Origin: Mobula hypostoma
Taxonomy: Eukaryota
Assembly: GCF_963921235.1 (NCBI RefSeq)
Contig: NC_086108.1
Span: forward strand, 65,660,001 to 65,724,000
Direction: 5' to 3'
DNA length: 64,000 nucleotides
Positions 51,566-64,000 of this stretch are shown one piece after another. The translations under genes and the position numbers were made by a program. The notes beneath the pieces were generated by a model. The model did not search any database. It saw only the letters and a list, made by a program, of their open reading frames with translations, and had not been told where the DNA came from. Position 1 is the first letter of the stretch. The number at the start of each line of letters is the position of its first letter.

Positions 51566-52652
51566 AGGTCTATTGGTCCTGTCAGTCTCTTTTAAATTTG
51601 GCCTTAGTTGGATGCTTGACACTTGTGATCTCCCTTCTGGCATTGAGTTGGACATGCATGTTCTCTGGGTGAACGTGGAAGCTGCTTTTAAAGACTAATT
51701 CCCCTTCTTAGATTGGTGTGCAGCAGAATGCCTGGAACTGTGCTGAACTGAATATGGTTCCATCAATAGGGAAGCGGGGAATATCTCGCGTTGTAGACCA
51801 GCTTAGTGCTGTTTCAAATATATTCTTAGTCATCTTCTTGATTTTACTTAGCATACCTAAATGGATATTAGTGCTAAATGTCACGAAGGTATAGCCAACC
51901 GAATTAATTAAATCCATTTTCTAGGTTAATATATTACTTTTTCCATATACACTTCTAAATCATCTGAAGTTTCACACACAAAATGTTAGAAGATTCCAGA
52001 AGTTCAGGCAGCATCTGGAAGAAGATGAACACTCCACGTTTTGACTGAGATGCTTCACGAGGACTGAGAAGAAAGAGGGCACATATTTTTATTCCAGCTC
52101 CTGCCTGCTTTCTTTCTAGTTCTGATGAAGGGACTCGGCTTTCTTGTCCTTGAGTTTGTCCAGCACTTTGTGTGTTTTGCTCCAGACTTTCAGCATCTGT
52201 AGTCTCTATGGTGTCTTCACTATGAAGCTCACAGGCAAACATCTTTTCTGAGTAAAACTGAAAGCACGGGAAAAATTATTACTATAATTCCAGTAACAAA
52301 TTGAAGTAGACTACTGTTACTGATAGAAACCAGCATAAGCACCGGCCTGATGGGCCACAAAGGCTCGGGACAGACTTTAAATTGTTACTGATGTCATTCT
52401 AAATGATGGGCGCTTTCTTCACTGAAACACTTTGAAGCTGATTTCTACCTCCTCACAAAGTCTCTTTGAGCTGTGTTTGTGCCCCTCCTAGTGGCTGGTT
52501 TCACAGCAGATTTGGGAACACACTGACTGCATGCAGCAGTACCCGGCCTGATCCAAAGGCCTCTCTAACCGTTCAGTACTTGGCTGATTTTGAAAGATCT
52601 AGTGCACATAGTTCAAGAAGTTGTACACAAAAAAAATGTTGAACAGTATTGA

Positions 52653-52658
52653 TTTATT
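52653..52658 (-). promoter_or_regulatory. Poly(A) signal of the PDZK1IP1-like gene
   Basis: AATAAA on minus, then CA ~15 nt later and a U/GU-rich tract (ttttttttgtgt); ~265 nt after the stop. Confidence 0.7.
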
Positions 52659-52922
52659 CTTACATATCTCCAGGAAGCTAAAGGAACAGATAATCTGCTT
52701 ATCCCTCAACACTGAGAATGAAATCATTGCATAAAGATACATTAAAAGATCCGATCAGACATCATATATATGAAGCACTCAGATTGCAAAATGAAGCTGC
52801 AAATACATAGCACTCTGTTTAAATATTCAAAAGAAGAAAACATACAGTGTGTCATTGGATCATATGAAATTAACTCATTACTTTAAACAGATCTTCTGGA
52901 AACTATTCTTTGATTTACAATA

Positions 52923-53007
52923 TTACATTTCAGTTATAGTTATCTTTGGTGATTCATCATTGACGGTCTCAAATAGATTTTCATAGGCATTTGGATGTTC
53001 ATTTGAT
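52923..53007 (-). CDS. PDZK1IP1: MAP17/PDZK1IP1-like terminal coding exon: (R)SNEHPNAYENLFETVNDESPKITITEM*
   Basis: Acceptor ctctttcctgtgactacag, phase 2; matches the recalled MAP17 C-terminus RSSEHENAYEN...STPM; class I PDZ-binding motif T-E-M. Confidence 0.88.
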
Positions 53008-56000
53008 CTGTAGTCACAGGAAAGAGTAATCAGTACTGAAATACACAGTAAATATTTTCTTAAAATCATAGTGCTCACATTTTCTTCTAGATTAAAGATA
53101 GTTCACTTTATGCTACATATCAATATGTGAACTGATAATGATATGAAGATTTATTAAAGAAAATTACGTGCATGATAAATTGTCATAATAACCACAATCA
53201 ACCAGTTCCCATGTTATTTAGTCTCGGTAGATAGTGGTGATGAAATGAATGTGTTTGTGTATGTTAAATACAAGATCTGACTTGCCAAAGCTGACCACAA
53301 TATTTAAATAATCCTGTTCAAACACAGACTCTGAGCTTTCAGAGATGATACAACTCTCAGTAGGAGTCTGTAGTGAATGAAGAGGAGAAGAAATGGAACA
53401 AAAAATCACCAGTATGCCAAAGAAGGGTCTTTGTTTTACTTTGGGCATCATCATTTTCACTTCCAAATCTATCAGGAGCTGTGAAAGTGGCAGAAGTATA
53501 ACTATCTATGCTTATCAGGAATACAAATATTTATTGTGGGATTTCCAGATAGGATTAAAAAGAACATGCTAAAATATGCAATAAGTATTGCACTATGCTT
53601 TGTTATTTGAATCACACCAGCTTTGTTTTACTGTTTGGCTGTAATATTGCTGCCAGATTTCCTGTGGTTTACAATGCACATCAAATATTTTTAAATCCAT
53701 TCAGAATTGCACTGGACATGGCAAACTAGTTCAAACCCTTGCTTGAAATTCTATTCAGCCATGAAATATTTCTGTCTTGTTTATTGTCTACATTTGGTGC
53801 AGACACATCAGGATCTTTTGCTTTGCACCAGTGCCAACATAATATTGAAACACAAAGTTTGGCAGCTCCAGCAGTACCACCTGATCTCATGCTGCCGGCA
53901 TGTTACATCTGTTCCAGGCCAGTCACAGCTGCGTTAGTTGACAAAAACACAGCATTGGACACCTTTAATTTCAATGAATTTCTACTAATTATTTTCTACG
54001 CCATGAAATATTACTGGCTGCTAAAGATTGAGAATAGGGCTGTGTGTAAATATTTATAAGTACACATCTACATAGCTTTGCCTTCACCCACATGGATGGG
54101 CTGTGATGTGACGGTACAACTACAGCCAGCTGGGCATTTCACTGTTTTTGATGACTGCTTACACTCCCACTCTACGCGTGGAATTTAAATCAAGCATTTG
54201 GACAATCCCCGTGGGCTTTCCAACTGTGTTAATAGGAAAAGAAGAGAATAATTCCTTCAGGGGGAAAATCTTTAAACAGAAAGAAAATATGCCTCAATCT
54301 GTATGTACCTATATCAATCTTCTATCATCTTAATATTTTCATGTGTGGTTCAAATAAAAGCAACAGCTGTTACAGCTTATTTTAGTATTAAGATACAATG
54401 AAATTGAAAACCAGTTCAATGACTGATCGGCTTGAATAAAAAGCAATGAATGACTACTTATGACAGAGACGATGAGGGGACCATTTTCAGTTCTATATGC
54501 TCTGGAGTACAGAGTACTCAGTGTTGTCACCATTGAAATAAGGTAAATGAAGCACAATTTGTGAAGCTTTTTGTCAAGATTATTCTATAAATATATGTCA
54601 GAGACAGTGGGCCTCAAATAATTTTGTTATCACCCCTTAAGTTGGCTTTTTTTTTGCAAATTATGTTTTTAAACCCTACTACGGTGCTAAGCACTGTTCT
54701 GCCAAATTTAGAACACTGAGAAGAGTGTTAGATATTTGCTGACCTCACATCTTTTAAAGACAGTGCTCCTGTGATAGGGATTCCATTGGTGTTTGCGAAG
54801 TCAGGCTCCAGTGCTGGTGATTCCAGATGATTAGTAACTCTGCAACAAGTGAGAAATATTTTTCAAATTATTAATATACAATTTTCTTTATGAAATTCAA
54901 GTTCTGTGTTACAAACTGCTTTCTGAACCATTTGGCATTGCTGGATGTTCCATGATGTATCTCTGTCACATTGCAGAGCTCCATGTAATTTAATAATACA
55001 TCCATTGCTGAAAATGCCAAATATTAATTTAATTTTCTTTGCAGCTCTTGGTTATGACAGGTCTTCCTAACCCATACCAATCAAATGTTTAGTAATGTTT
55101 GATAAAATGGTTGCACCGTGGTCTGATATGGTCATTTGAATGCGCAAAAATGTAAGAAGCTGCAGACAGTAAAGGACTCCTCTCACCACTGGTAGTATCT
55201 ACACGAGGTGCTGCCTCAAGAAAGGAAGATCTACTGCATCATCAGAGATTCCCACCATCCAGAGCAGTTTACAGCTACTAGAAGGTAGGAGGTACAGAAG
55301 CCTGAAGTCCCACAACACCAGGTTCAAGAATACTGTCATTATTTCCCTTCAACTATTTGATTCTTGAACCAACCGGCAAAGCCCAAATCACTTAAGTTTT
55401 GCACCAGCATTAATATGGACTTTGTTTCTTTTTGTTCTCCTTGTGTTTTCTTGTGAAGAAGTGTGTATAATTTATGATTAATTTATGTGTTTCTTATGAA
55501 TGTTGCTTATATGATGCCATGTGCTTGTGTTATTACTACAAGTGTGTTTTCATTCCACTTGTGCAGACGTCTTCTTGTGCCGATGACAGTAAGATAACAA
55601 ACAGTGAACTCTATAAACTCTAAACTCTATTCGGAGTGTCAGACAGCATCTGCGGAAAAAGAAACCAAGTTAATGTTTTCAGAAGAAGACCCATGCAGTG
55701 GCAAAATCTACCATTAGCATTTTCTGATTTTACTTTGTATTTCCAACTCCTACAGCTTTTTATTAAAATTTTGATTAAATGTTTATTGTGTAATTCTGGA
55801 AAATCCTACTATAAATACTATTAATCAATATCTTGTAAATTCATGTTCCTTTAGATAGTTGTTTTACCTGATAAACATTAAGGAATGTATTACCTGCATT
55901 TTACAGGGCACTATTGTGTGAAACAGTTTTTGCCATCACTTCCCCATGTAACTGAGAACAACATCAGTTTTTTTCATATATGCAGGTTAATGCAGGAACT

Positions 56001-56824
56001 TCAAATCTGCTATCCATGAGGTAGCACAGGGCTCCTCACAGGAGGGGATACTTAAATGAAATGACTACACTTATATTGAGGACTTGCTGACGCATACCAT
56101 GCCAAGTCATGAGAAAGAGATTGCTTCCCTTAGGTTTGAATGGAAGCAAATAGTCACTGGTAATTAAAAAAAAATACCTTAGTTTGAAAATACCCTTCAA
56201 TTTTTTCTAAGTTAAAAAAAAACTAGTGGATTGTGCCTCACAAACTTCCTGTAATATCCAGTGCAATCTAATACTTTAACAGTCTGACAATTCTGGTTGT
56301 TAAGTTGTACAACCCAGTCTGAGCGCGTTTTGGCCATTCCACATAATATCCTTTATGCTTTGGAAGGCTATTTTGCCCTGAGACTTTGTCAGCTGTTTCA
56401 AGAATTTCTAGCATGGAGAATCACCAGAGTAGGAGTTGATTTTTTTTTCATTTACTTCATTGGGGATCTGCCTGTGTTATTATGCTACCATTAGATTTAT
56501 GGGAAATGTTGCTTTATTTCACCAGGAACAATATCTAGATTTGGCAATGTATATCACAAACTAATGTGAAGGTGATGATTCCTCTGGCTGGGATGTTTCC
56601 TCTGAGTCATGGTCAGGAAAAGGCGTTGGACCAAGATGCAAAGAAATTTCTTAACCCTGAGGGTGTCAAATCATTATAATTTACAACCCTAGAAGGTTGT
56701 AGTGGCTCAGTTGTTGAGGGCATCAAAGACATTGATAAAATGTTAGGAATTTCATTAAGGAATGAGGAGATATGGGATTCATGCAGGGAAATTGTGGTGA
56801 GGTAGAAATTTCAGCCATCATCTT

Positions 56825-58342
56825 CTTTCAATATTTTTATTAAATTTCAGATATTATAAAAATAGGATAGTACAGAATGCACTGTATTTAAATCATACTA
56901 TTGCAATCACAGTACCCCGTATTCATAATCAAACAAATGAATTAAATTGAATTATAATAGTTTTATTATTTAAAAAAATCTAAATCCACTACCAAGGTCA
57001 AAGCTGTTTGGTAAAGAAAAGGAAGACAAAAAAAATCCTTATCACATAGTGATTTATGTTATTAGCCAACATCTGTACTTTAACGCCAAATCAAAGGTTT
57101 CGAAAATAGTTCAAAAAAGGTCCCCACCGTGTTTGAAAGTCTTGATTAGAATCAGAAATTGAACAACAGATCTTCTCTAAATTTAAGCATGACATAACAT
57201 CACGTAACCATTGAGCGTGAGTAGGCGGAACAATGTCCTTCCATTTAAGCAACACCGCCCTCCTAGCCATGAGAGAAATAAAGGCCAATACAAACAAATC
57301 AGATGTCTCCAAAGTTATGCTTCCTTCTCCAACATTACCAAACATGGCAGTCAAAGGATTAGGCTTAAAAATTACTTTAAAAAGTACGGAAAAAGTTTGG
57401 AATACTTCCTTCCAGTATTTTTCAAGACTCGGACATGTCCAAAACATATGAATTAATGAAGCCTCTCCATTGTTACATCTGTCACAACAGGGAGATATAT
57501 CTGCATAAAAACGAGATAGCTTGTCTTTGGACATGTCAGCCCTGTGGACCACTTTAAGTTGCAGGAGGGAGTTGCAAGCACATAGAGATGAGGTATTAAC
57601 CAATTTAAAAATTACATTCCAAGACTCTTCAGAAATTGAAATTCCTGTTCCCAGGCTTTTTTAATTTTGTCTAAAGGAGCATCTCTCATTCCCAACAGCA
57701 TGCCATAAATATTGGATATTGAGTCATTATGAAAAGGTTTCAAATTAAAAATTATATCTATTAAGTTCTTATCAGAACTCATAAGAAATGTATGTAATTG
57801 AGGTCGCAGAAAGTCTCTGATCTGTAGATATCATAAAAAGTGGGTATTTGATAAGTTATATTTAACTGACAATTGCTCAGAAGAAGAGAGACTCCCTCCA
57901 ACAAAAAAATCTTGGAAGCATTTAATACCCAATCTGTCCCATTCTTTAAAAAATACATCAGTCATAGAAGTTTTAAAAAAACAATTAGAAAAAATGGGAG
58001 TAGAGAGAGAAAATCTCAATAAACCAAAATATTTTCTAAATTGCAGCCAGATTCTCAAAGTATGCTTAACTACCAAATTGTCAGTTAATTTATTTAAAGA
58101 TAAAGGAAGTGAGGATCCAAGAAGAGAGATAATAGAAAATTTCATAACAAAATTAGCTTTCAAGGAGACCCATACTGGACAGTCTTCATGGTTAATGTAA
58201 TATGACCAGAACTTAAGATTTTGAATATTGACTGCCCAGTAATAGAACCTAAAATCTGATAAAGCTAAGCCTCCATTCTTTTAAGCTTTTTGAAAGTGGA
58301 CGTTGTTTAATCGAGATTGTTTATCTCGATTAAACAAAGTCT
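56825..58342 (-). mobile_element. 5'-truncated L1-clade LINE (C-terminal cysteine-rich region) inserted in an old CR1 tail
   Basis: ORF 57091-57603 CDRCNNGEASLIHMFWTCPSL; A-rich tail; TSD atcatctt at 56817-56824 and 58343-58350. Confidence 0.88.
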
Positions 58343-58506
58343 ATCATCTTACTGAATTGAGCAAACATGGGAGATCAAATGCCCCAGCCCTGCTTTTATC
58401 TGATGTTCATACATTAATACATAAAGACATCATAAGCAAATAGTTATGGGAAAATATTTCAGAATGACCAATTCACTGCAAAGTCAGAAAGAATCTATTG
58501 ACTCAC

Positions 58507-58549
58507 CTGGAAGGTTTCAGTGTTTCTAGGTCTGGGAGGTACATATTTT
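58507..58549 (-). CDS. PDZK1IP1: PDZK1IP1-like candidate internal exon (43 nt): (E)NMYLPDLETLKPS(R)
   Basis: Strong donor cag|gtgagt and a pyrimidine-rich acceptor ending aag; joining to 53007 gives AG|A = Arg before SNEH, as in the family. Confidence 0.6.
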
Positions 58550-58990
58550 CTTTATGAAGGCACAGCAAAATATAAGAATAGAGCAAGTACTCATCGAGTC
58601 AGGAAACATCCATGGGGAGAGAAACTGCATTAACATTTTAGGTCAAGTACTCTCCATCACATTAGTTCTTTCATTCTGATAAAAGTGTATTGGCCTTAAA
58701 CACTGTCTCTGTTTCGCTCCCTACAGATGCCACATGTCCTGCAGACATTTACAATATTTTCCCTTTCTGCTTCAAATATATAATATGCATTTAAAAATGC
58801 ATGTGTAGCTTTTGTACAAAGCATTAGACACTATACACACTTATTTGACAGTTAAAACAATTTTTCACATCATAGAACTTTATTCCTACAATCTTAGCTC
58901 AGTGAGTGGGGTGTATGAGGCCAGGCTGTAGACTTTCAAGACTAATTGTAAGGATAAGTTTTTATTTATATGGCTACTTTGATGCATCAC

Positions 58991-59043
58991 CCTGAGCTGC
59001 ATTGGTGGAGCTGTGATAAAGATCCCATTGAGCTAACTCCTTT
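58991..59043 (-). CDS. PDZK1IP1: PDZK1IP1-like candidate internal exon (53 nt): (E)KELAQWDLYHSSTNAAQ(E)
   Basis: Acceptor ttttcttccattccctggtctcttaag, donor agg|gtgatg; phase 2-1 bridges the TM exon and the 43-nt exon in frame. Confidence 0.45.
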
Positions 59044-59166
59044 CTTAAGAGACCAGGGAATGGAAGAAAATCGTGTAATTAAAAGAATAATTGTGATTTC
59101 CAGAAATATTTCCAACATCAATTTATAGATAAAAAGTTCATGCAATAATAAATGTTAGCAACTTAC

Positions 59167-59293
59167 TCAGCATTCTTGCACCAGATTTTATTCACTATAA
59201 ATCCAACAAAGCATAGGCACAGGAATACAACTACTGCAATGATCCCTGTAAGCCAGGGTTGCAAACCTTTCCTAGGCTGCTCTTTAGTTTCAC
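59167..59293 (-). CDS. PDZK1IP1: MAP17/PDZK1IP1-like transmembrane exon: ETKEQPRKGLQPWLTGIIAVVVFLCLCFVGFIVNKIWCKNA
   Basis: Acceptor tttccccacag, donor ga|gtaagt, phase 1-2; matches recalled MAP17 [29 protein letters not shown]. The signal-peptide exon was not found in the window. Confidence 0.9.
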
Positions 59294-59429
59294 CTGTGGG
59301 GAAATGAATCAAAATCACCAGAACTTAAATACATTTAATGGAATTCAGTTATTCGACCACATATTGAAAATGATTCAATGAAGAACTTGTGATTATTTTA
59401 AAGGAAAACATAAATAACTGTGTGTGTAA

Positions 59430-59589
59430 ACGCGAACAACAGGAATTCTGCAGATGCTGGAAATTCAAGCAACACACATAAAAGTTGCTGGTGAGTCCTG
59501 ACGAAGGGTCTCGGCCTGAAACGTCGACTGCACCTCTTCCTAGAGATGCTGCCTGGCCTGCTGCGTTCACCAGCAACTTTTATGTGTGT
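59430..59589. mobile_element. Minimal Penelope hairpin derivative with intact hammerhead
   Basis: Inverted tail joined to agtcctgacgaagggtctcggcctgaaacgtcgact; TSD aact(g/a)tgtgtgtaa at 59416-59429 and 59590-59603. Confidence 0.88.
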
Positions 59590-60857
59590 AACTATGTGTG
59601 TAATGGTCCAGACTGTGCTAGACTGAGCCTGCTGCCTGGCTTTGGCTAAACGTGGAGGGTCTACAAGCTGTGAGGGCAGGACAGTAAGGACTCCGCTCCC
59701 AAGTCAACCTGTAGCTGGAGAACTGGCGTTAGGGAGAAGGGTGTTAATGGAGGGGTGAGTTGGGTTTGGAGCTTTGGCAGCTGTGAAACCAATAGGTCAC
59801 TCCTAAAAAATCTTGACTATCTCTGACATCTAGATACATTCAAAATTTTACATTTGAAATAAATATTTAAAAAATAGAAACTTAAAGAATGTTATCAGTC
59901 TAAAATAAAATTAAAATATAAAACACACTAAAGAATGAATTAAAAGATCTTATCTTCAACTTTGCCTCAAAATTCACAGGACTAAAATCTCATCAAAGTC
60001 AAGGTTCTAAGCAGCAGTCTAGTTCTGGGCAATCCAGCATGACCAGTCTCTGCAGTTAAATATTTGACAAGGTGAAGTGGAGGAGTCAGCCTCCAAATCT
60101 GTTGGTTTTCCTCTTTCCATGTTTCATGGTGCACAACAGCAGTCTGGCAATTGTAGTCATTTAAGGGCTTGAATGTAAGCAGCTTCCATTATAGCAATCG
60201 ACAAAACTGCACAATCCATGGCAATACATTTTTTGTTAATTGTACAGTCACTGTTGTAATGTCAGATTTATGAAAATTCAGCTTCCTCTAGGACACAAAA
60301 GGGGCCTTTTGGCCCATTGGTCCTATGCTGGCTCTCAGAGCAATCCCATTATCTGGTTTATTTCTCTGTAACCTTATTCTCTCTCATAGACCCATGAGCT
60401 CCCCCTGATTCACCTGCCTAGAAGCTTCACGAAGGAACAATTACAGTGGTTAATTAATCTACAAATTATTCTGTGGGAGGAAATCAAAGCACCCAGGGAA
60501 AATTCACGCATATCGAGACAGTTGAACTTGGTTCACTGGAGTTGTGAAGAAGCAGAACTATTTGCCCAAAGAGTGTGCTACCTTGTCTGACTCCTCTACA
60601 ATCACCTTTAGGATCTCCAATTCCAAACCATTGTGGCATTAGAAGAAACATTTAGAAGAAATACTATTTGCAGACAGTCCCAAGTAAAGAATAGGTCCTT
60701 AAATTGAGTTTGTCCATGTTAGAAAATACACAAAAATCACACCAGAGAGTAACCATATCTCTATTGTATTGTAATGAAAAGCATCAGAAGGACAGAAGAC
60801 TGATAAGAAAACATATATACTAGAAGTGGATAGAGAGGACATTAGTAAAAATGAGCG

Positions 60858-60878
60858 TATATATATATATATATATAT
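60858..60878. repeat. (TA)n microsatellite
   Basis: Run of about ten TA units. Confidence 0.9.
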
Positions 60879-62009
60879 GTATATCGGACTTCTGAATTTA
60901 GTAATATTAGGGGGCCTCATTTGTAAGTGGGAGGGGTCCATAAGTGAGGTGTTTGTAATCTGTATACTGCTGCATCTACAAAAGCCACTGTGGACCTTGT
61001 CATCGGAGCACGTGGCAACATGCTGTTGTGCCTGCTTGCTGAGGGTGGTGGTGCGCTGACAACAACAGAGGAGATGGAAATTTCCTTTCCACATTAGTAT
61101 CACTGCTTCTCTATGGAGAGTACATTAGTGCCAAGAATCCTGCCATCCTAGCTAAAGCAGCAGACAAGATGGCTTCAAGATCATACACACCTACAGACAA
61201 GCCATACATGGCCCCATTGGATCGGCACTTCCGATGTGTGACAGAATTGGTCACTCTATCAAATACATACAGTAAAATCCATCTGGAATTCACTCACTCC
61301 ATGATATATCATTATAATTCTCTGAGCGAGTCACGTACTCACATGGTGGAGAATTCCACTCACTTTTCAAATGTGCTGCAATTCTTTTTGTCATCAAATC
61401 CCATAAAATACAGCATCGGATCCAGATAAATAGAGCTTGATGGCACTGTGCCCATTAGTGCAGACTCTCCACAATGGTCCCTCCCAGCACCATCTGTTCC
61501 TGCTTTCTTATGTGACTTGCAAGGCGAGAGCCTAATTTTCAGTAATAATGTCTAAGCATCCAAGCCAGTACATGCTGTGAATGTGTCCTGTGAGAGAGGA
61601 CATCCACAAAGATTCAACCCCTCTGTGGCTTACACTTCCTACAGCCACACTGCTAAAGGCATTCTTAGAAGACCATGAGTTGTCATTAGTAGAACGAAGT
61701 GGAAGAGGGTTGGGGGCTCCACACACTTCACATGATAAAAAGTAGGAGTTAGATTGGCTTCAAAAATGGGAACACATGGAGGCCAACTTTCAAGATCTTT
61801 GGCCAAGAATCAGGAAGTGAGACATTTGCCACAGAATTCCTAGCATCTGACCTGCATTCATGGAAAATATTGACCTGCAAAATATTCATGTTAAGAGTCC
61901 AGAAAAGTTCCTAGTCAATCATGAATAATTCAATTATGATGAGCTGTTGAGTACCACGGATATGTAGAGATAATCATTATCTGGCACTCGGGTGCCATGA
62001 ACATACTTC

Positions 62010-62988
62010 CATACTATGTGAGATTGCAGAGCTGTGTATCAGATACTGTGGTTAGCAGCACAGGGGCACCTCAGGGGACTGTTCTGTCACCCTTCCTGTT
62101 CACTGCTTATACCGCGGACTTCTGATACAACTCAAGAGTCCTTCCACCTGCAGAAGTTTTCTGATGATTTGGGCAGTTTTGGGCTGTATCAGCCAGGGTC
62201 AAGAGGCTGAGTACAGAAGAGTGGTGGACAACTTTGTTGAGTGGTGTGGGCTGAATCACCTGCAGCTCAACATCACTGAGACAAAGGAGTTGGTGGTGGA
62301 CTTCTGGAAGATGAAATCACCCATCTCCATCAAGGGAACCGATGTGTAAGTCGTCCGGGACAATAAACTGGACTGGTCTAAAAATACAGGGGCTCTGTAC
62401 AAGAAGGGACAGAGCCGACCATACTTCCTGAGGAGGCTCTAGTCATTCAACGTCTGCAGTACTATGCTACAGATGTTCTGCGACTCAGTGGTGGCCAGCA
62501 TTCTATTCTACACTGTGGTTTACTGGGGCAGCAGGGTGAGAGCAGCTGATGCCAAGAAGATCAATGAGCTCGTCAGGAAGTGTGGTTCTGTTCTGGGGGT
62601 GGAACTGGATTCCCTGGTGGTTGTGTCTGAGAGGAGGATGCTGCAGAAGCTACAGAGCATTATGGACAATCCCTCTCACCCCATCCATGACATGCTGGAC
62701 TAACAGAGGAGTATGTTTAGTAACAGACTGATTCCACTGAGGTGCACCACTGAACAGCACAGGAGATCCTTTCTCCCTGTGGCTATTAGACTCTACAACA
62801 TCTCCTCCTTAAGTATATAAGAATATGGTTTCATTGCACATCTGTATTTTGCACTTTTACTTTTTAATGCACATTTTGTATTATTTTTCATACCTCAGTG
62901 CTTACAGTTTCCATTTTAAAGTATATATTTCTGAACTTTGCAACAATAATTTCCTTCTGGATAAATGAAGTTTTATGTTATCTTATAA
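62010..62988 (+). mobile_element. 5'-truncated Rex/L2-group LINE (distinct family)
   Basis: STGAPQGTVLSPFLFTAYTADF; FVEWCGLNHLQLNITETKELVVDF; tail ttatgttatcttat. Confidence 0.85.
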
Positions 62989-64000
62989 CAGCCAAATATT
63001 GTATATTATTCTGCTGTAGTTTCATATAAGGTGTACTTCTTTATCAGAGGAGATACAACTGAATATTGTACGTCCAACTAACATCTCTTTTTCTGACCTT
63101 CTGAAGGAAGGAGCAACATTGATGAAGCAGCTGAAGATGGTTGGGTCTTGGATGCCACCTGAGGAGCTCCAACAGAGTTGTCCTGGCTGAGTTAATTAAC
63201 CTCCAGCCATGGTGACTCTTTTCCTCTGTACCACATATAACTCCAGTCAGCAGAGAAGGACCAACTTGGTTTCCTTTGGCTGCCTAATTCTGCTCTTAGT
63301 TAAAATGCTACCTTGATATTAAAACCAGTTATTCCTTCCTAATCTCTAAGTGGCAAGTCTTTAATCTATGTTTGGACTGATGCCGTGAAGAGGTCTTACA
63401 GAACTCAATATCAGCATCCTTAGAGTTTACTGTGGGTAAGTCCCATTGTTGTTGACCCCTTTCATTATTATATTAAAAACTGAGAACAGGCTAATAGTGT
63501 AGTATTTAACTGATTTACATTTGTTCCTCTTTTTTTCAGACTGAACAGACCTAGCAACTTTATACTTTGTTGGCCATATGCTAATTTTATAGTTAAAGTG
63601 AAATAGTTAGCTGCAAGTACAAATGGTTCCAGAACATAATACCTCATCTCTGCTGCTGAAATGAGGCTAAGATGAATCATCTTGAAACCCTTGACCTAAT
63701 ATGATTGTGAAAGCATTCTCTCAGTATTTTGCACGATGGGCAGGACTCATAGAAGCTCTTCTATATGCTAACTGGTGAATATCCTCACTTCCTGACATCC
63801 CAAAAGAATTTCTGCCATTTACAAAGCACATGATAGCTATGCAAAGGAACACCCCGCTTGCCAGGATTGGGGAAGCTCCAAAAGAACCCAGGAAGTTCAA
63901 CACTACTCAGTCAATAGAGTAGCCCAGGAAGCAGAGCTTTGGCAGCCACGGTTCAATGATGCTGTCTGTGTGAAGTTTGCAGGTTCTCCCTATCACAGTA

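Noticed and set aside
55894..55951. Possible 58-nt minus-strand exon with a good donor
   Set aside because: Stop codons in all three frames.
13568..59589. Recurrent palindromic 36-mer as a CRISPR repeat or terminator
   Set aside because: The copies are dispersed with TSDs in eukaryotic DNA and have no spacer array; the Penelope hammerhead explains them.
61111..61420. Hydrophobic minus ORF and three GTGAGT donors as PDZK1IP1 exon 1
   Set aside because: No ATG-initiated signal peptide ending at a phase-1 donor could be built.
52600..64000. KANK4 3' exons expected from human synteny
   Set aside because: No ankyrin-repeat coding sequence was found; the exons present are MAP17-like.

Overview
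Eukaryotic, repeat-rich vertebrate DNA. The CR1, Rex1/Babar, Penelope and SCAN-Gypsy repeat landscape suggests a cartilaginous fish such as a ray (inference). Two host genes converge tail-to-tail. On + are the last four coding exons and 3' UTR of PATJ/INADL (8367-22870). On - is a small-exon MAP17-family gene (PDZK1IP1-like, 52923-59293) that the ORF track misses; it has a TM exon and a C-terminal PDZ ligand (-ITEM*). Most of the rest is transposon-derived: CR1, Rex1/Babar, RTE and L1 LINEs, Penelope-like elements with minimal hammerhead ribozymes, a PNMA-gag LTR element, a 7.95-kb SCAN-domain Gypsy at the centre of a four-level nest, Tc1 and hAT MITEs, and SINEs. The most unusual signal is a ~190-bp CpG-rich piece of the ZFTRAF1/CYHR1 coding region at 47714-47903. 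It is circularly permuted and flanked by a TGCA duplication inside a short RTE-tailed element, which is what integration of a small DNA circle would leave. Family assignments come from recalled protein motifs; no database search was run, and boundaries of old repeats are approximate.
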